This document shows positions 18,237-27,247 of a DNA stretch of 64,000 bases, one piece after another (position 1 is the first letter of the stretch; each line of letters begins with the position of its first letter). Source of the DNA: an uncultured bacterium (GTDB lineage Bacteria > Bacillota_I > Bacilli_A > RF39 > UBA660). Location of the stretch: the NCBI GenBank assembly GCA_946560065.1, contig CAMNUE010000002.1, positions 78,950 through 142,949 on the forward strand. Reading direction: 5' to 3'. The translations under genes were made by a program, and so were the position numbers. The notes under the pieces are model-generated. The model was not told where the DNA came from, did not search any database, and saw only the letters and a list, made by a program, of their open reading frames with translations.

Positions 18237-18265
18237 ATTATACTACACATTGTGTAGTATAATAA
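18237..18265 (-). promoter_or_regulatory. promoter-operator copy E
   Basis: TTATTA-N17-TATAAT with the perfect palindrome TACTACACAATGTGTAGTA. Confidence 0.7.
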
Positions 18266-18274
18266 ATCTTTTTA

Positions 18275-18301
18275 TAAAAAAAGTCGCTTATTTCAGCGAC
18301 T
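18275..18301 (-). terminator. intrinsic terminator overlapping the last codons of 18293..18604
   Basis: AGUCGCU-GAAAUA-AGCGACU followed by U7; the same hairpin as at 17229-17248. Confidence 0.7.
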
Positions 18302-18604
18302 CATCAGGCAATTCAATTCTCTAAACCATTTATCATAATTTGCACATGAACAATAACCAGCTGACGCCAACACAAAATCATCAACCATTGTAGATAGACG
18401 TTCATCTGAATCTTCACCTACTAACACTTGTATATTACCGTTCGACAAATATTCTATCTGACAATCCATAATTGGTTGAAACTCTTTATATCCTTCTTCT
18501 GTCAACTCCATATTTTCCCATACAAATGTTGCTGTCGCTTCAAAATCACCAAACAACTCACAATCAAAATCTTTTCTTGTGTCTAACAGTTCTTTCAATG
18601 TCAT
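18293..18604 (-). CDS. hypothetical protein, paralogous to the N-terminus of 28995..29792
   Basis: ELTEEGYKEFQPIMDC here versus VLTEKGYNYFKPIMDC in the 265-aa protein. Confidence 0.65.
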   Translation of the reverse strand: MTLKELLDTRKDFDCELFGDFEATATFVWENMELTEEGYKEFQPIMDCQIEYLSNGNIQVLVGEDSDERLSTMVDDFVLASAGYCSCANYDKWFRELNCLMSR

Positions 18605-18643
18605 TTTTTCTCCTCCAAGGTGTCTTACCTTTTATCTGCCTTT

Positions 18644-18672
18644 ATTATACTACACTTTGTGTAGTTTATCAA
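18644..18672 (-). promoter_or_regulatory. promoter-operator copy F
   Basis: TTGATA-N17-TATAAT; operator arms ACTACAC/GTGTAGT with centre AAA. Confidence 0.7.
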
Positions 18673-18685
18673 TTATTTTTCGTTT

Positions 18686-19432
18686 TTAACGTTCTATTTT
18701 TCTAAGAATTGCATGAACAAAATGCCGATCTGATCCATTTAGAAATGATGAAAGAGTACTGCCTGTATCAGCACATGTATATAACGTTACTACGTTGTCA
18801 TTTTCTGATACTTCTATATTTGTTGGATAGAAACTCTTTGCTGTTACTTCATCCATATAGAGCTTCAAACTCTCCCTATTTTGTATATCGGGCTGATTAG
18901 AAGTCGAAGTTGCTTTTTCACAATATGCAGAAAAAATATCCGCTTGATAAACCGCATTTGGAGTAATGACCTGAAAAAATGTATTTTCTAAAAAGTAGGT
19001 TTTATTCATATAATTTTTTAAAAATGTAAAATGCCCACTTCCCTTAAAAATGCTATGTCCATAAATAAAAGTATTTAAACTCGTGAAATTTGGGTTAGAA
19101 CGATAATCCATAAAGATTGATCCTTGTTCATCATATTTTTTATATAGATTTCTATTCAAATAAAAGTCATTATCAGAAGTTTGTAAAACTGGAAATGATA
19201 AATCAAGATTTGGAAAATAAAGAAAGGCAACCACATCATCATTGATTGCCCATATTTTCTCAAATGCATTTTGAATTGACGAGCGATCATCCACCTCGAT
19301 CGAATCGACTGTTTTTTCAATCTTATCGTCAATTCCGTTTCTTTCCAGATTTTTTAAAGCAAAAAGAATAAGTGGTATCAGTGACCCAATTAAAGTTAAA
19401 TACAGGATACACAGTATAATTTTTCTTCTCAT
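18686..19432 (-). CDS. srtB: class B sortase
   Basis: N-terminal TM; INDDVVAFLYFPNLDLSFPVLQTSDNDFYLNRNL...GSIFMDYRSN...NTFIYGHS...VVTLYTCAD...RHFVHAIL. Its start overlaps the relaxase stop by 4 nt. Confidence 0.8.
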   Translation of the reverse strand: MRRKIILCILYLTLIGSLIPLILFALKNLERNGIDDKIEKTVDSIEVDDRSSIQNAFEKIWAINDDVVAFLYFPNLDLSFPVLQTSDNDFYLNRNLYKKYDEQGSIFMDYRSNPNFTSLNTFIYGHSIFKGSGHFTFLKNYMNKTYFLENTFFQVITPNAVYQADIFSAYCEKATSTSNQPDIQNRESLKLYMDEVTAKSFYPTNIEVSENDNVVTLYTCADTGSTLSSFLNGSDRHFVHAILRKIER

Positions 19433-21141
19433 AGTTTTTCACTCTCCGCATTTAATGAAGAGTAATACTCCTTCACCTGTTCCCTACCTTCTTTTGAAAT
19501 CATTTCTAACTGCTCACCAGAAACACTATCAACCTTTTTATTGTTTTCATCGTAAAGATCATAAGTCTTGTCATCAATCAAATACATGACTGCACGTTTT
19601 TCAAAATTGCTCCAGGCAACTGACTTTTTATCCAAATAAACATACTGTTTTGTGTATGGAAGTTTGACACAATAAAAGTCATCAGTAGTTCTTGAATAAT
19701 CAATCATATTGTTGCTAAATGACATTCCCTTAATATAACCGTTCATTTCTAAAGACTTGCCTCTGATTCGTTCCAGCTCGGTCATCCTGCTTTTTAGATA
19801 AGTAATGTACGAATACTGCTTATTCGCTTCTCGTTTCTCTTTTGTGCAGGCGGAAAGAAATTCTCGAACTTCGCTTAGTTCAGGATTTCCTAGTTCTTCA
19901 CTCGCTTGTAAATGTTTTAAAACCGCTTCTGTCGGCTCAATCTTTTCAAAACTATGTAATTGGACTTGCTCTTCATAAATTTTAAAATCGTTATACGTTT
20001 CCAAATAAATTCTAGCAAGCGGTTCATTCTTCAAAAATTCCGTTGTTAAGGACTTTTGTTTTTCATACTCCGCTTGTCGTTCTTCCAATTCCATTAAAGT
20101 TTCTTTGATACGATTCTGTAAATCCTCATACGAATATATTTTTTCCTCATTTAAAAAATCAAGTGCCTTGATTAACTGGTTATAGCGTTTCTTTTCCTTA
20201 TATCGGCTGTTGTAGTATTTCGGATAATAATCACGTTTTGCTAAACCCTTGGTGGAATTTTTGATAGCAATCATAGAATTTGTAGCTGTCTCTTTGATTG
20301 ATGAAAAAGATCCATGAACATCTGGAATTTTTTCAAAATAAAATTGATAAGAATCTCCATTCCTCGTTTTTTCACGATAAAACTGTCTAAGCGCATCCTC
20401 ACTATATTCCTCTCCTAACTTGTGTAATCGTGTGAATCGCTCCTTTCCAAACGGCTTAACGCTAATATACTTTCCTCGTTTAATTTCATATCCTTCAAGA
20501 GCTAAATTTTCAAGTAATTCATCCAGGCTATTCGTTTCTTCTTTCACTTTTTCAATTTTATCAATAATGATCGACTTCCAGGAAACAGTGGATTTTTCAT
20601 AACTGGCATCCTTGGTTCCATCGTAGTTCTTTCCTTTAAAACGACCAATCGTTTTCAGTTCATCCATCACATGACATCCATATTCCTTTGCAACTCGATC
20701 ACTGGCTTCTCGAAGTCCATAGAGTCCTTCTTTTTTGTTTGCTAGGCGATCCTCTAACTTTCGCCCGCTTAAATTTGTTGCGTTGATTACGATATGGTTA
20801 TGCAAATGCCCTCGATCGACATGCGTACAAACGACACATTGATAATCGGAATAAATTTCTTTACATAACTTCAAGCCGATCTCATTCGCTATTTCAGGTG
20901 TAATGTCATCCCTAATATCGAACGACTGAACAACATGATAGGCGACACGTTCATCTTGCTCATTGTGATATTTTGCTTGAACCGCTTGCATCTCATGTTC
21001 TGCAAAACGGAGATTGCAGTTATACGCACTTTTTAAAAGACCGTGGTCGGTCTTTTCTTCATTTTCGATATAGTTTAAACATTGTGATAATCCACTTCCA
21101 TTTTCCCCAGCATGAATTACTATTCTTTTTGTGTATGGCAT
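19429..21141 (-). CDS. MobA/VirD2-type conjugative relaxase
   Basis: Histidine triad THVDRGHLHNHIVINA in the N-terminal domain. The last ~85 aa resemble the primase C-terminal repeats. Confidence 0.9.
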   Translation of the reverse strand: MPYTKRIVIHAGENGSGLSQCLNYIENEEKTDHGLLKSAYNCNLRFAEHEMQAVQAKYHNEQDERVAYHVVQSFDIRDDITPEIANEIGLKLCKEIYSDYQCVVCTHVDRGHLHNHIVINATNLSGRKLEDRLANKKEGLYGLREASDRVAKEYGCHVMDELKTIGRFKGKNYDGTKDASYEKSTVSWKSIIIDKIEKVKEETNSLDELLENLALEGYEIKRGKYISVKPFGKERFTRLHKLGEEYSEDALRQFYREKTRNGDSYQFYFEKIPDVHGSFSSIKETATNSMIAIKNSTKGLAKRDYYPKYYNSRYKEKKRYNQLIKALDFLNEEKIYSYEDLQNRIKETLMELEERQAEYEKQKSLTTEFLKNEPLARIYLETYNDFKIYEEQVQLHSFEKIEPTEAVLKHLQASEELGNPELSEVREFLSACTKEKREANKQYSYITYLKSRMTELERIRGKSLEMNGYIKGMSFSNNMIDYSRTTDDFYCVKLPYTKQYVYLDKKSVAWSNFEKRAVMYLIDDKTYDLYDENNKKVDSVSGEQLEMISKEGREQVKEYYSSLNAESEKL

Positions 21142-21155
21142 CTTACCCCTTCTTT

Positions 21156-21581
21156 CTAATCTTCAAATAATTTTTCCTGTTTTGAATAGACCTCTGGATT
21201 GTTACAAACTTTACGAACCGAGACCCAAAGCACATTATTTATCAAACGAATCAATTCAGCAACTAGATCGGTGATTTCTTGATTCTGCTTTTTCAATTGT
21301 TCTTTATCCAAATTCGATAAATCTGTCCGCATCATGATTTTTTCCTGTTCCAATCCGAATCGATCAATTCGCTCAATTAAACGATTCACACATTCATTCA
21401 CTTCTGATTTTCCGTGTAAATCCTCTACATAGATATTTTCGTAAATTCCAGCAGCTCTTAAATAGTCAGATAAATTTTGAAATCCATAGCGTTCCATTTT
21501 TTCTTTCAGCAATAATCGTTCTTCATCATTCAATAAAACATTCACTCTTTTTCGTTTGTCGTCTAATACTCTTCTTGCCAT
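21156..21581 (-). CDS. mobC: MobC-like relaxosome accessory protein
   Basis: RVNVLLNDEERLLLKEKMERYGFQNLSDYLRAAGI, immediately upstream of the relaxase. Confidence 0.7.
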   Translation of the reverse strand: MARRVLDDKRKRVNVLLNDEERLLLKEKMERYGFQNLSDYLRAAGIYENIYVEDLHGKSEVNECVNRLIERIDRFGLEQEKIMMRTDLSNLDKEQLKKQNQEITDLVAELIRLINNVLWVSVRKVCNNPEVYSKQEKLFED

Positions 21582-22165
21582 ATTCCTCTTTTTATCTCCT
21601 GCAACAATCTTTTGTATTCATATAAGTTTTCAATGTACTTTTCCTTATAGACATTTTGCTCGATCCACTTCACACCTTCTGCCGACACGACCGTTTTTTT
21701 TGCTACCAAAGAAACAGTTCCTGGATTTTTGTTTTTCAATCTTCTAATAGCTGAATTGATGCTATTTAAAGATTTTTGAAAATAGATTGCCAATTCCTTC
21801 ACGTTCATAGATCGATAAGCGACTGGATCTTTTTTTATCTTCAACTCCTGCTCTAATCGCTTAATATTTTTCTCAACAAAAATGACCTCAGCTGTCTTAT
21901 AAGGTACATCATAGTTCAAGTATACTTGCTCGATCCACTTCACACCTTCCAGATACATCCACAATTCTTGTTTACCCTCAATATTCGTTCGATAGAAGAG
22001 CCACCGATCACCTCGATGGCTCTTCTTACACTTTTCTCTAATCCACTTCATCTGACGATTCGACAGTTCAAGCTGCTTTTGAACATCCGAAAATCTAATC
22101 CTCTGAAATTCCAATTTTTTCACCCCTCTCCAACTATACAACGTTGACGGCTTTATATATAGCAA
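21563..22165 (-). CDS. putative DNA-binding protein with an internal duplication
   Basis: EGVKWIEQ occurs twice; the HTH-like stretch is MNVKELAIYFQKSLNSINSAIRRLK. The ORF-track start is TTG, so the true start is uncertain. Confidence 0.5.
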   Translation of the reverse strand: MLYIKPSTLYSWRGVKKLEFQRIRFSDVQKQLELSNRQMKWIREKCKKSHRGDRWLFYRTNIEGKQELWMYLEGVKWIEQVYLNYDVPYKTAEVIFVEKNIKRLEQELKIKKDPVAYRSMNVKELAIYFQKSLNSINSAIRRLKNKNPGTVSLVAKKTVVSAEGVKWIEQNVYKEKYIENLYEYKRLLQEIKRGIWQEEY

Positions 22166-22480
22166 GCATGGTGTGCATACACACCTTTTCGCTTGTTAGG
22201 GGAGACCCCTAAGACCCTTTATCGTAGAAATTCAAACCCATGAATTTCAAATTTTTAGGTTCATTTCTGAAAAGGAATAAACCTGGTATAAGTAATTTTT
22301 TTCTTCCTTGCATCTTGTTTTCCCCTTTCGTTTATCCTGTATCTGTGGGATGATTTTATCCTTTAAATTTTCAGTTATCAATATTTTTTGATGCTTTCCA
22401 CCGCTCTTTTGAATGTTGTAAGAATCTGTAGAACGGAATATTCGAATCAATTTTTTTATAGTTATCATCTTGATTGGAGA
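22166..22480 (-). other. candidate oriT / relaxase-operon promoter region
   Basis: Non-coding DNA upstream of the mobC operon with inverted repeats at 22170-22185, 22196-22212 and 22227-22248. No nic site identified. Confidence 0.4.
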
Positions 22481-22482
22481 TG

Positions 22483-22512
22483 AAAAAATCAGGATGACAT
22501 AGCATCCTGATT
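22483..22512 (-). terminator. intrinsic terminator after the methyltransferase gene
   Basis: Minus strand AAUCAGGAUG-CUAUGU-CAUCCUGAUU followed by a U-run. Confidence 0.8.
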
Positions 22513-22588
22513 TGGAAAATTCTCAATGTTTATAGATACCTAATGAAAAGAAAAATTAGAAAACAAATCATGAAAAATAAAATATTTA

Positions 22589-23683
22589 TTAAAATTCATA
22601 TTCATAATCCTCTTCTTCTATGGCATTTTCTGATTCAAAACTTTCGTATTTTACTTCCAATTTTCCATCTACTTTTTGTAAATTTTTCTCTACATTATCT
22701 TTCATTTTAGAAAACATTTCTTCATCTTTTTCGATAACGATTGAATCCCTTTTGGTGTTCATACAAGCAATCGCAAAGTTTCCAGAGCCACCGAACTGAT
22801 CGAGTAAAAGCTCATTGGGAAGTGAAATATATTCGATAATCGATTCCAATAATTCGACTGGTTTTTCTGCTTCCATGACTTTATCTTTACTATTTTTTGG
22901 CTGGAAATCGAATGCTTTAGGAAGCATTCCAGACGTTCCTTTCATGTAACAAACATCCAACCCATTCGCTAAAAGTATCTCTTTTACTTGATAAGAAGAT
23001 AGTCCTTTTACATCAATTCCATGTTCTATAGCCAGTTGAATATTTTTCTTTGCATCTAGTTTTAAACTCCTTGGCTCCCCTTTGGAAAAGATCATAATAT
23101 CTTCTGTATTGTGTGCTTTTCTTCCAGTATTCGATACAAAATTCCCTTTCACCCATGGCACTTTAGCAAAATATTTGAATCCATTTTTAACCGCCATCTG
23201 TTTTATTTCATACAAATACTGGTAGTTTACTTCGTTCTCTTCTGGTAAAAATTCGATGCAAAAAGCTCCATCTTTTAATACTCGCATCTTCTCTTTAAAG
23301 TCTTGTTCCGTGTATTTAAAAAGCTCGTACTGTGCAAACTTTCTATTCCCACCAGTTAGCGATTTAGAAAGATCGTAGGGATGATCGGTAACAATTCCAT
23401 CGATTGATTTATCCTTTATGAAAGATAAATCACGACCATTTCCGTTAATTAAAAGACAAGTTGTAACCTTTCCTTCTAATTGTTTTTCAACTTTGTAAAC
23501 GCCTCTAGCGACTCGTTTAAAGATGCCACGATCAATGCCTTCGTAGATTCTAGCACGGATTGATTCATTGTTGACAGGCATATTTTTGTGAACTTTGACA
23601 AGCTCTGTAGCCTCTTTCAAAGTGAAATTTTCATCATCCATAAAGTAGTCAAATAAACTAATTTGTATTGTATCAGCGTTCAT
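22589..23683 (-). CDS. orphan N6/N4 DNA methyltransferase (beta-class motif order)
   Basis: DPPY-type motif IDGIVTDHPYDL precedes the AdoMet motif LLDQFGGSGNF. No restriction gene is adjacent. Ends EEEDYEYEF. Confidence 0.8.
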   Translation of the reverse strand: MNADTIQISLFDYFMDDENFTLKEATELVKVHKNMPVNNESIRARIYEGIDRGIFKRVARGVYKVEKQLEGKVTTCLLINGNGRDLSFIKDKSIDGIVTDHPYDLSKSLTGGNRKFAQYELFKYTEQDFKEKMRVLKDGAFCIEFLPEENEVNYQYLYEIKQMAVKNGFKYFAKVPWVKGNFVSNTGRKAHNTEDIMIFSKGEPRSLKLDAKKNIQLAIEHGIDVKGLSSYQVKEILLANGLDVCYMKGTSGMLPKAFDFQPKNSKDKVMEAEKPVELLESIIEYISLPNELLLDQFGGSGNFAIACMNTKRDSIVIEKDEEMFSKMKDNVEKNLQKVDGKLEVKYESFESENAIEEEDYEYEF

Positions 23684-23722
23684 TTTTTATTTTTTTCCTT
23701 TCTCAAAATGATAGATTTATCT

Positions 23723-24406
23723 CTAAATTTTTTCTCCTAAGTTTATTAGTGTTTGATAAATTTCTGCACATTTTTCTTCATTTTTATTGATAACTGCGTC
23801 CTCAATATTGTTAAATAAAGTCCATGCATTTTCTTGTTCAATAGGTAACCCAAGCTGATAACCAAGTAAATCCACGTATACCTGATTCGTAGAAATCACT
23901 TTACTAACTCTAAGATTTTGACTCAGATAATAAAGCAATAATCCTAAATTTGATTCATCGCTTTCATCAAGTTCAGCATCAAAAATGATACGCCAATCAA
24001 ATTCAGGAGCTATACAAATAAACTCTGATTCCTCTTCATAATCGGTCACATAATCAATAAGTAGTGGCTGCAAAATAGATTCATTTTCAAGCATATCTTT
24101 CTTATTTTCTGCATGAATATCTTCTGCTAAATCATTGAATAAATAGTTTTTCTTTTCATCTTTGACATCCCATTTTTGACTCAAATAATTCAAAAAACTT
24201 GCATCATCATAGTCAAGATCGTCTACACTAATATTCAAATCAGCTAAGTATTTTAGAATCATTCCATCTTTACAAATTGGTTTATCAACTTCATAAAGGA
24301 TTCCAATAAGTATTCCATTTTGCTCGTAAACACTGCATGTTATCCCATTCAAATCAAGTTTAGCAATAATTTGATTTAACTCTTTTTCCCATTCAATAGC
24401 GCTCAT
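23723..24406 (-). CDS. hypothetical acidic protein
   Basis: Trimmed to ATG 24406 (GGAGGG RBS), 1 nt after the upstream stop. Confidence 0.6.
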   Translation of the reverse strand: MSAIEWEKELNQIIAKLDLNGITCSVYEQNGILIGILYEVDKPICKDGMILKYLADLNISVDDLDYDDASFLNYLSQKWDVKDEKKNYLFNDLAEDIHAENKKDMLENESILQPLLIDYVTDYEEESEFICIAPEFDWRIIFDAELDESDESNLGLLLYYLSQNLRVSKVISTNQVYVDLLGYQLGLPIEQENAWTLFNNIEDAVINKNEEKCAEIYQTLINLGEKI

Positions 24407-24407
24407 T

Positions 24408-26195
24408 TTACATTCCCTCCGCAAGTTCTTCGTCCATACTAAATAAAGTCAGATTTCCTTCTTCATCTTCTGTAAGTTCGGGATAATCAATCTCAGAGGA
24501 TGAAGTTAAAGGTAGTGTTTCTTCCTTAGGAAGTTCCATAACGAAATCATGCAGGATGTTCTTTTCCTTCAATTCATGAATAAATTCATCCATGCATTTA
24601 TTTATATTTTCTCTTTCTTCACCATCTGGATATGCCTTAATCGTTGTTGTATTCCCATCTTTATCAGTATCAAAAGTTGCCACTGAATTTGCATGTCCTA
24701 CCAAATAATCGCTCCTATTATCGAGCTTATCCATGACGTAACAAGCGAATGCACGTGCAAACATTTCACAATTCGACGCCCAATAACCTTGTTCAGTTTT
24801 AGCGGAAACACTATCAAATTTTTTAGAATTTTCATAAAAATCGGTCTTAACTGTGAATACTTCCCCACCTCTTCTTTCTTCCTTATATTTCATAGTTTCC
24901 ATCAATTTTTTTAATGAATCCATTCCATGCTTTCCATATAAATTTTCAGTTGCCATCGAACATTGGACGCCTAATTCCTTACCAACAAAGTCATCTAAAG
25001 CGTGCCCCCATTCATGTGCAAGGCTTCCTGCTCCACGCATCTTTGTTAGATTGATAACTTCTTTTAATGGCTCATAATGTGCAAGTGCACTACCATGTCC
25101 ACGGGCACCAAACGCAATAGAAAGCCTGCCACCTAAGGAAATATCTTTTGGATCAATTTCCAATGCCCTGGCTAAATCCATTAGTGCATCATATCCAAAA
25201 TTCAATGATTGCTGTCGATCTTTTTCTGACATCCAAACACCAAATTCTCCACCTTTAAAATTAAATTTCTCTATATAATTACTTCCATTTATATTTCGAT
25301 GCTTTCGATAATCAACGCCATCACGTACAATATGCTCCAATTGTTTCGGAATAAATTTACTTTTCCTGGTACGCTTAGAAGTTGTTGCACGCTTTTCTTT
25401 TTTAGGTTCTTTACTTAAAATATACTGCTCGCAATCTTCATATCGTTCAAAATTATTTGCAATAACCTTGCCACCTTGGATGATAAAAAATGTTTCTTCT
25501 TTCCATTTTTTTTCATCAGCAAACTCATCTTTTGGGTAAAAGTAACTGGTTCCCCACCATTGTTTTACCCTAATCTGTATATCTCCATATTCATTTTTTG
25601 ATAAAGATGAACCATTTCCGAAATATAAAATATTATATTTGGATAAGATTTTTTGTTCTTCTGTATAACAAAATTGTTTCTTTCTAATTTCATTATCAAT
25701 AGAATTCCAGCTCCCAATCTGTAAGTTTTTCAACAATTTATTTGTAAAAAAGTTCTTTACATTGTCTGTGATCGTAACATATCTATAGTGATATTCGCTT
25801 TTTTGAATATATTTTGGTGCAATCACATCTGAATAAAATTTTTCCGCTTCTTTATCGCTCTTGATATTCATTGATTCATCTCGCAAGAACGAGACAAAAT
25901 CAACATAATTTTTGTAAGTTTGTTCAATCTCCTCTGGGGATGCTGAATAAGAAAATGTAGGCTGTGTAGGGATTGAGTCTCTTATTTTCTTTATGTAAAA
26001 TGCAACGTGAATTGGCATTCCATCCGCTACTAATTGTTCATAATCTGGCTTCTTCCAGATGTTATTTTTCTTGATATAGGTTTGTTTTTCTTTTCCATTC
26101 ATATCAAGAATATCATCAATCGTAAGTCCCCTTTCCTTCCATAAATCCTTTCTAGCTCCACCTATTTTCTCTCCGAAATCCTCGATTTTTTTCAT
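24408..26195 (-). CDS. HExxH zincin-like protein of conjugative-element (ArdC/polyvalent-protein-like) type
   Basis: GAGSLAHEWGHALDDF; N-terminal FGEKIGGARKDLW. Family assigned by eye only. Confidence 0.5.
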   Translation of the reverse strand: MKKIEDFGEKIGGARKDLWKERGLTIDDILDMNGKEKQTYIKKNNIWKKPDYEQLVADGMPIHVAFYIKKIRDSIPTQPTFSYSASPEEIEQTYKNYVDFVSFLRDESMNIKSDKEAEKFYSDVIAPKYIQKSEYHYRYVTITDNVKNFFTNKLLKNLQIGSWNSIDNEIRKKQFCYTEEQKILSKYNILYFGNGSSLSKNEYGDIQIRVKQWWGTSYFYPKDEFADEKKWKEETFFIIQGGKVIANNFERYEDCEQYILSKEPKKEKRATTSKRTRKSKFIPKQLEHIVRDGVDYRKHRNINGSNYIEKFNFKGGEFGVWMSEKDRQQSLNFGYDALMDLARALEIDPKDISLGGRLSIAFGARGHGSALAHYEPLKEVINLTKMRGAGSLAHEWGHALDDFVGKELGVQCSMATENLYGKHGMDSLKKLMETMKYKEERRGGEVFTVKTDFYENSKKFDSVSAKTEQGYWASNCEMFARAFACYVMDKLDNRSDYLVGHANSVATFDTDKDGNTTTIKAYPDGEERENINKCMDEFIHELKEKNILHDFVMELPKEETLPLTSSSEIDYPELTEDEEGNLTLFSMDEELAEGM

Positions 26196-26225
26196 AGTTT
26201 TCTCCTTTAATTCTATTTTTCTTTT

Positions 26226-26255
26226 AAAAAAAACATCGGATGTTATGATCCGATG
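26226..26255 (-). terminator. intrinsic terminator
   Basis: CAUCGGAU-CAUAAC-AUCCGAUG followed by U8. Confidence 0.75.
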
Positions 26256-26260
26256 CTTAT

Positions 26261-26503
26261 TTACTGTTCTACTTGTTCTTCTTTGTGTACTTCTGAGCTA
26301 TTCTCAGCGAATGAATCTTCAATATCTTTCATCACCTTATCGTATCTTGATTTCAACGATTTCAAGCTTTTGAGCTGATCGGCAATGAGTTCATTTTCAA
26401 TCTGTTTCGTCTCGATAATGTCATCATTCTTCTTTTTTTCATTCTCCAATTTTGCAATTTTGCTGTTAAGCTGTCGAATTCCACCATTCATTTTTTGTTC
26501 CAC
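26261..26503 (-). CDS. small coiled-coil protein
   Basis: 80 aa; heptad-like, K/E-rich. Confidence 0.5.
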   Translation of the reverse strand: MEQKMNGGIRQLNSKIAKLENEKKKNDDIIETKQIENELIADQLKSLKSLKSRYDKVMKDIEDSFAENSSEVHKEEQVEQ

Positions 26504-26584
26504 CTTTCATTCTATTTTTTATAAATTACCACAAAAAAAGAAGCATTTCACTTCTTTTATGCTGCCTATAGTTAATCGCTTATT

Positions 26585-26800
26585 TTACTTATCAACTTCA
26601 TCAAAATCATCTTCGATGCTACGATCCTCTCCTATGGGATTATCATCAATCAAACCTAGTTGATCGAACATATCCAAAAAATCTACTCCCAATTTTTCGT
26701 TATCAATCAGCTCGTCTGTTTGTGTTTTCAATAGATAATCAAATTGTTCTAACCCCTTAAAAGATAACGCATCTTTTAGCATATCAATACATTCATCCAA
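26585..26800 (-). CDS. small acidic protein
   Basis: 71 aa with about 30% D/E. Confidence 0.5.
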   Translation of the reverse strand: MDECIDMLKDALSFKGLEQFDYLLKTQTDELIDNEKLGVDFLDMFDQLGLIDDNPIGEDRSIEDDFDEVDK

Positions 26801-26878
26801 TATTTCCTGTTTAAAGTTTCTGACAATATAAACATTATACCAAATATTTATTATATTGTGTATGGCATATTTTTTACC

Positions 26879-27247
26879 TTAACAGACCTTATATTCTGTA
26901 TTAAGAAAAGATTTCATAGCTTCTTTGACGGCAAAATTTTCTATTTTATCGAATGTTTCTTCCGAAATAACACCATCAATAATGCATTCTTTCAAGTCAA
27001 AATATTCATTTTTTCTGCTTTCATGGCGTGGAAATTTTAGCACATACCAGTTCACATCATCCAACTTTTGCTTCATATTACTGACAACTTTTCGTCCTCT
27101 ATCACTCAAATCTGCTTTATTAACATGGAAATAAAATAGCAAATCATTCTTTTTTCCTACCAAATAGTAAAAGGAATTATCACACCCTTTGAATAGATAA
27201 GTGTTCTTGATGTATTCCAAATCTTCAAAAACAATCTTATTTTTCAT
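26879..27247 (-). CDS. hypothetical protein
   Basis: Trimmed to ATG 27247 (GGAG 9 nt upstream). Confidence 0.55.
   Translation of the reverse strand: MKNKIVFEDLEYIKNTYLFKGCDNSFYYLVGKKNDLLFYFHVNKADLSDRGRKVVSNMKQKLDDVNWYVLKFPRHESRKNEYFDLKECIIDGVISEETFDKIENFAVKEAMKSFLNTEYKVC

Noticed and set aside
18282-18312. A third hammerhead-like string, CCUGAUGAGUCGCUGAAA (minus strand), identical over 18 nt to the 5' half of the hammerhead at 11282-11343.
   Set aside because: After the stem (GUCGCU-GAAAUA-AGCGAC) comes a U-run instead of GAA + stem III + the cleavage triplet. CTGATGAGTCGCTGA also encodes the last residues (LMSR-stop) of 18293..18604. It is best read as an intrinsic terminator that shares a hairpin module with the ribozymes, not as a ribozyme.
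22247-22468. 73-codon minus-strand ORF in the oriT/promoter gap.
   Set aside because: It has no RBS and a lysine-rich, low-complexity product, and it lies in DNA dominated by inverted repeats. It is most likely non-coding.
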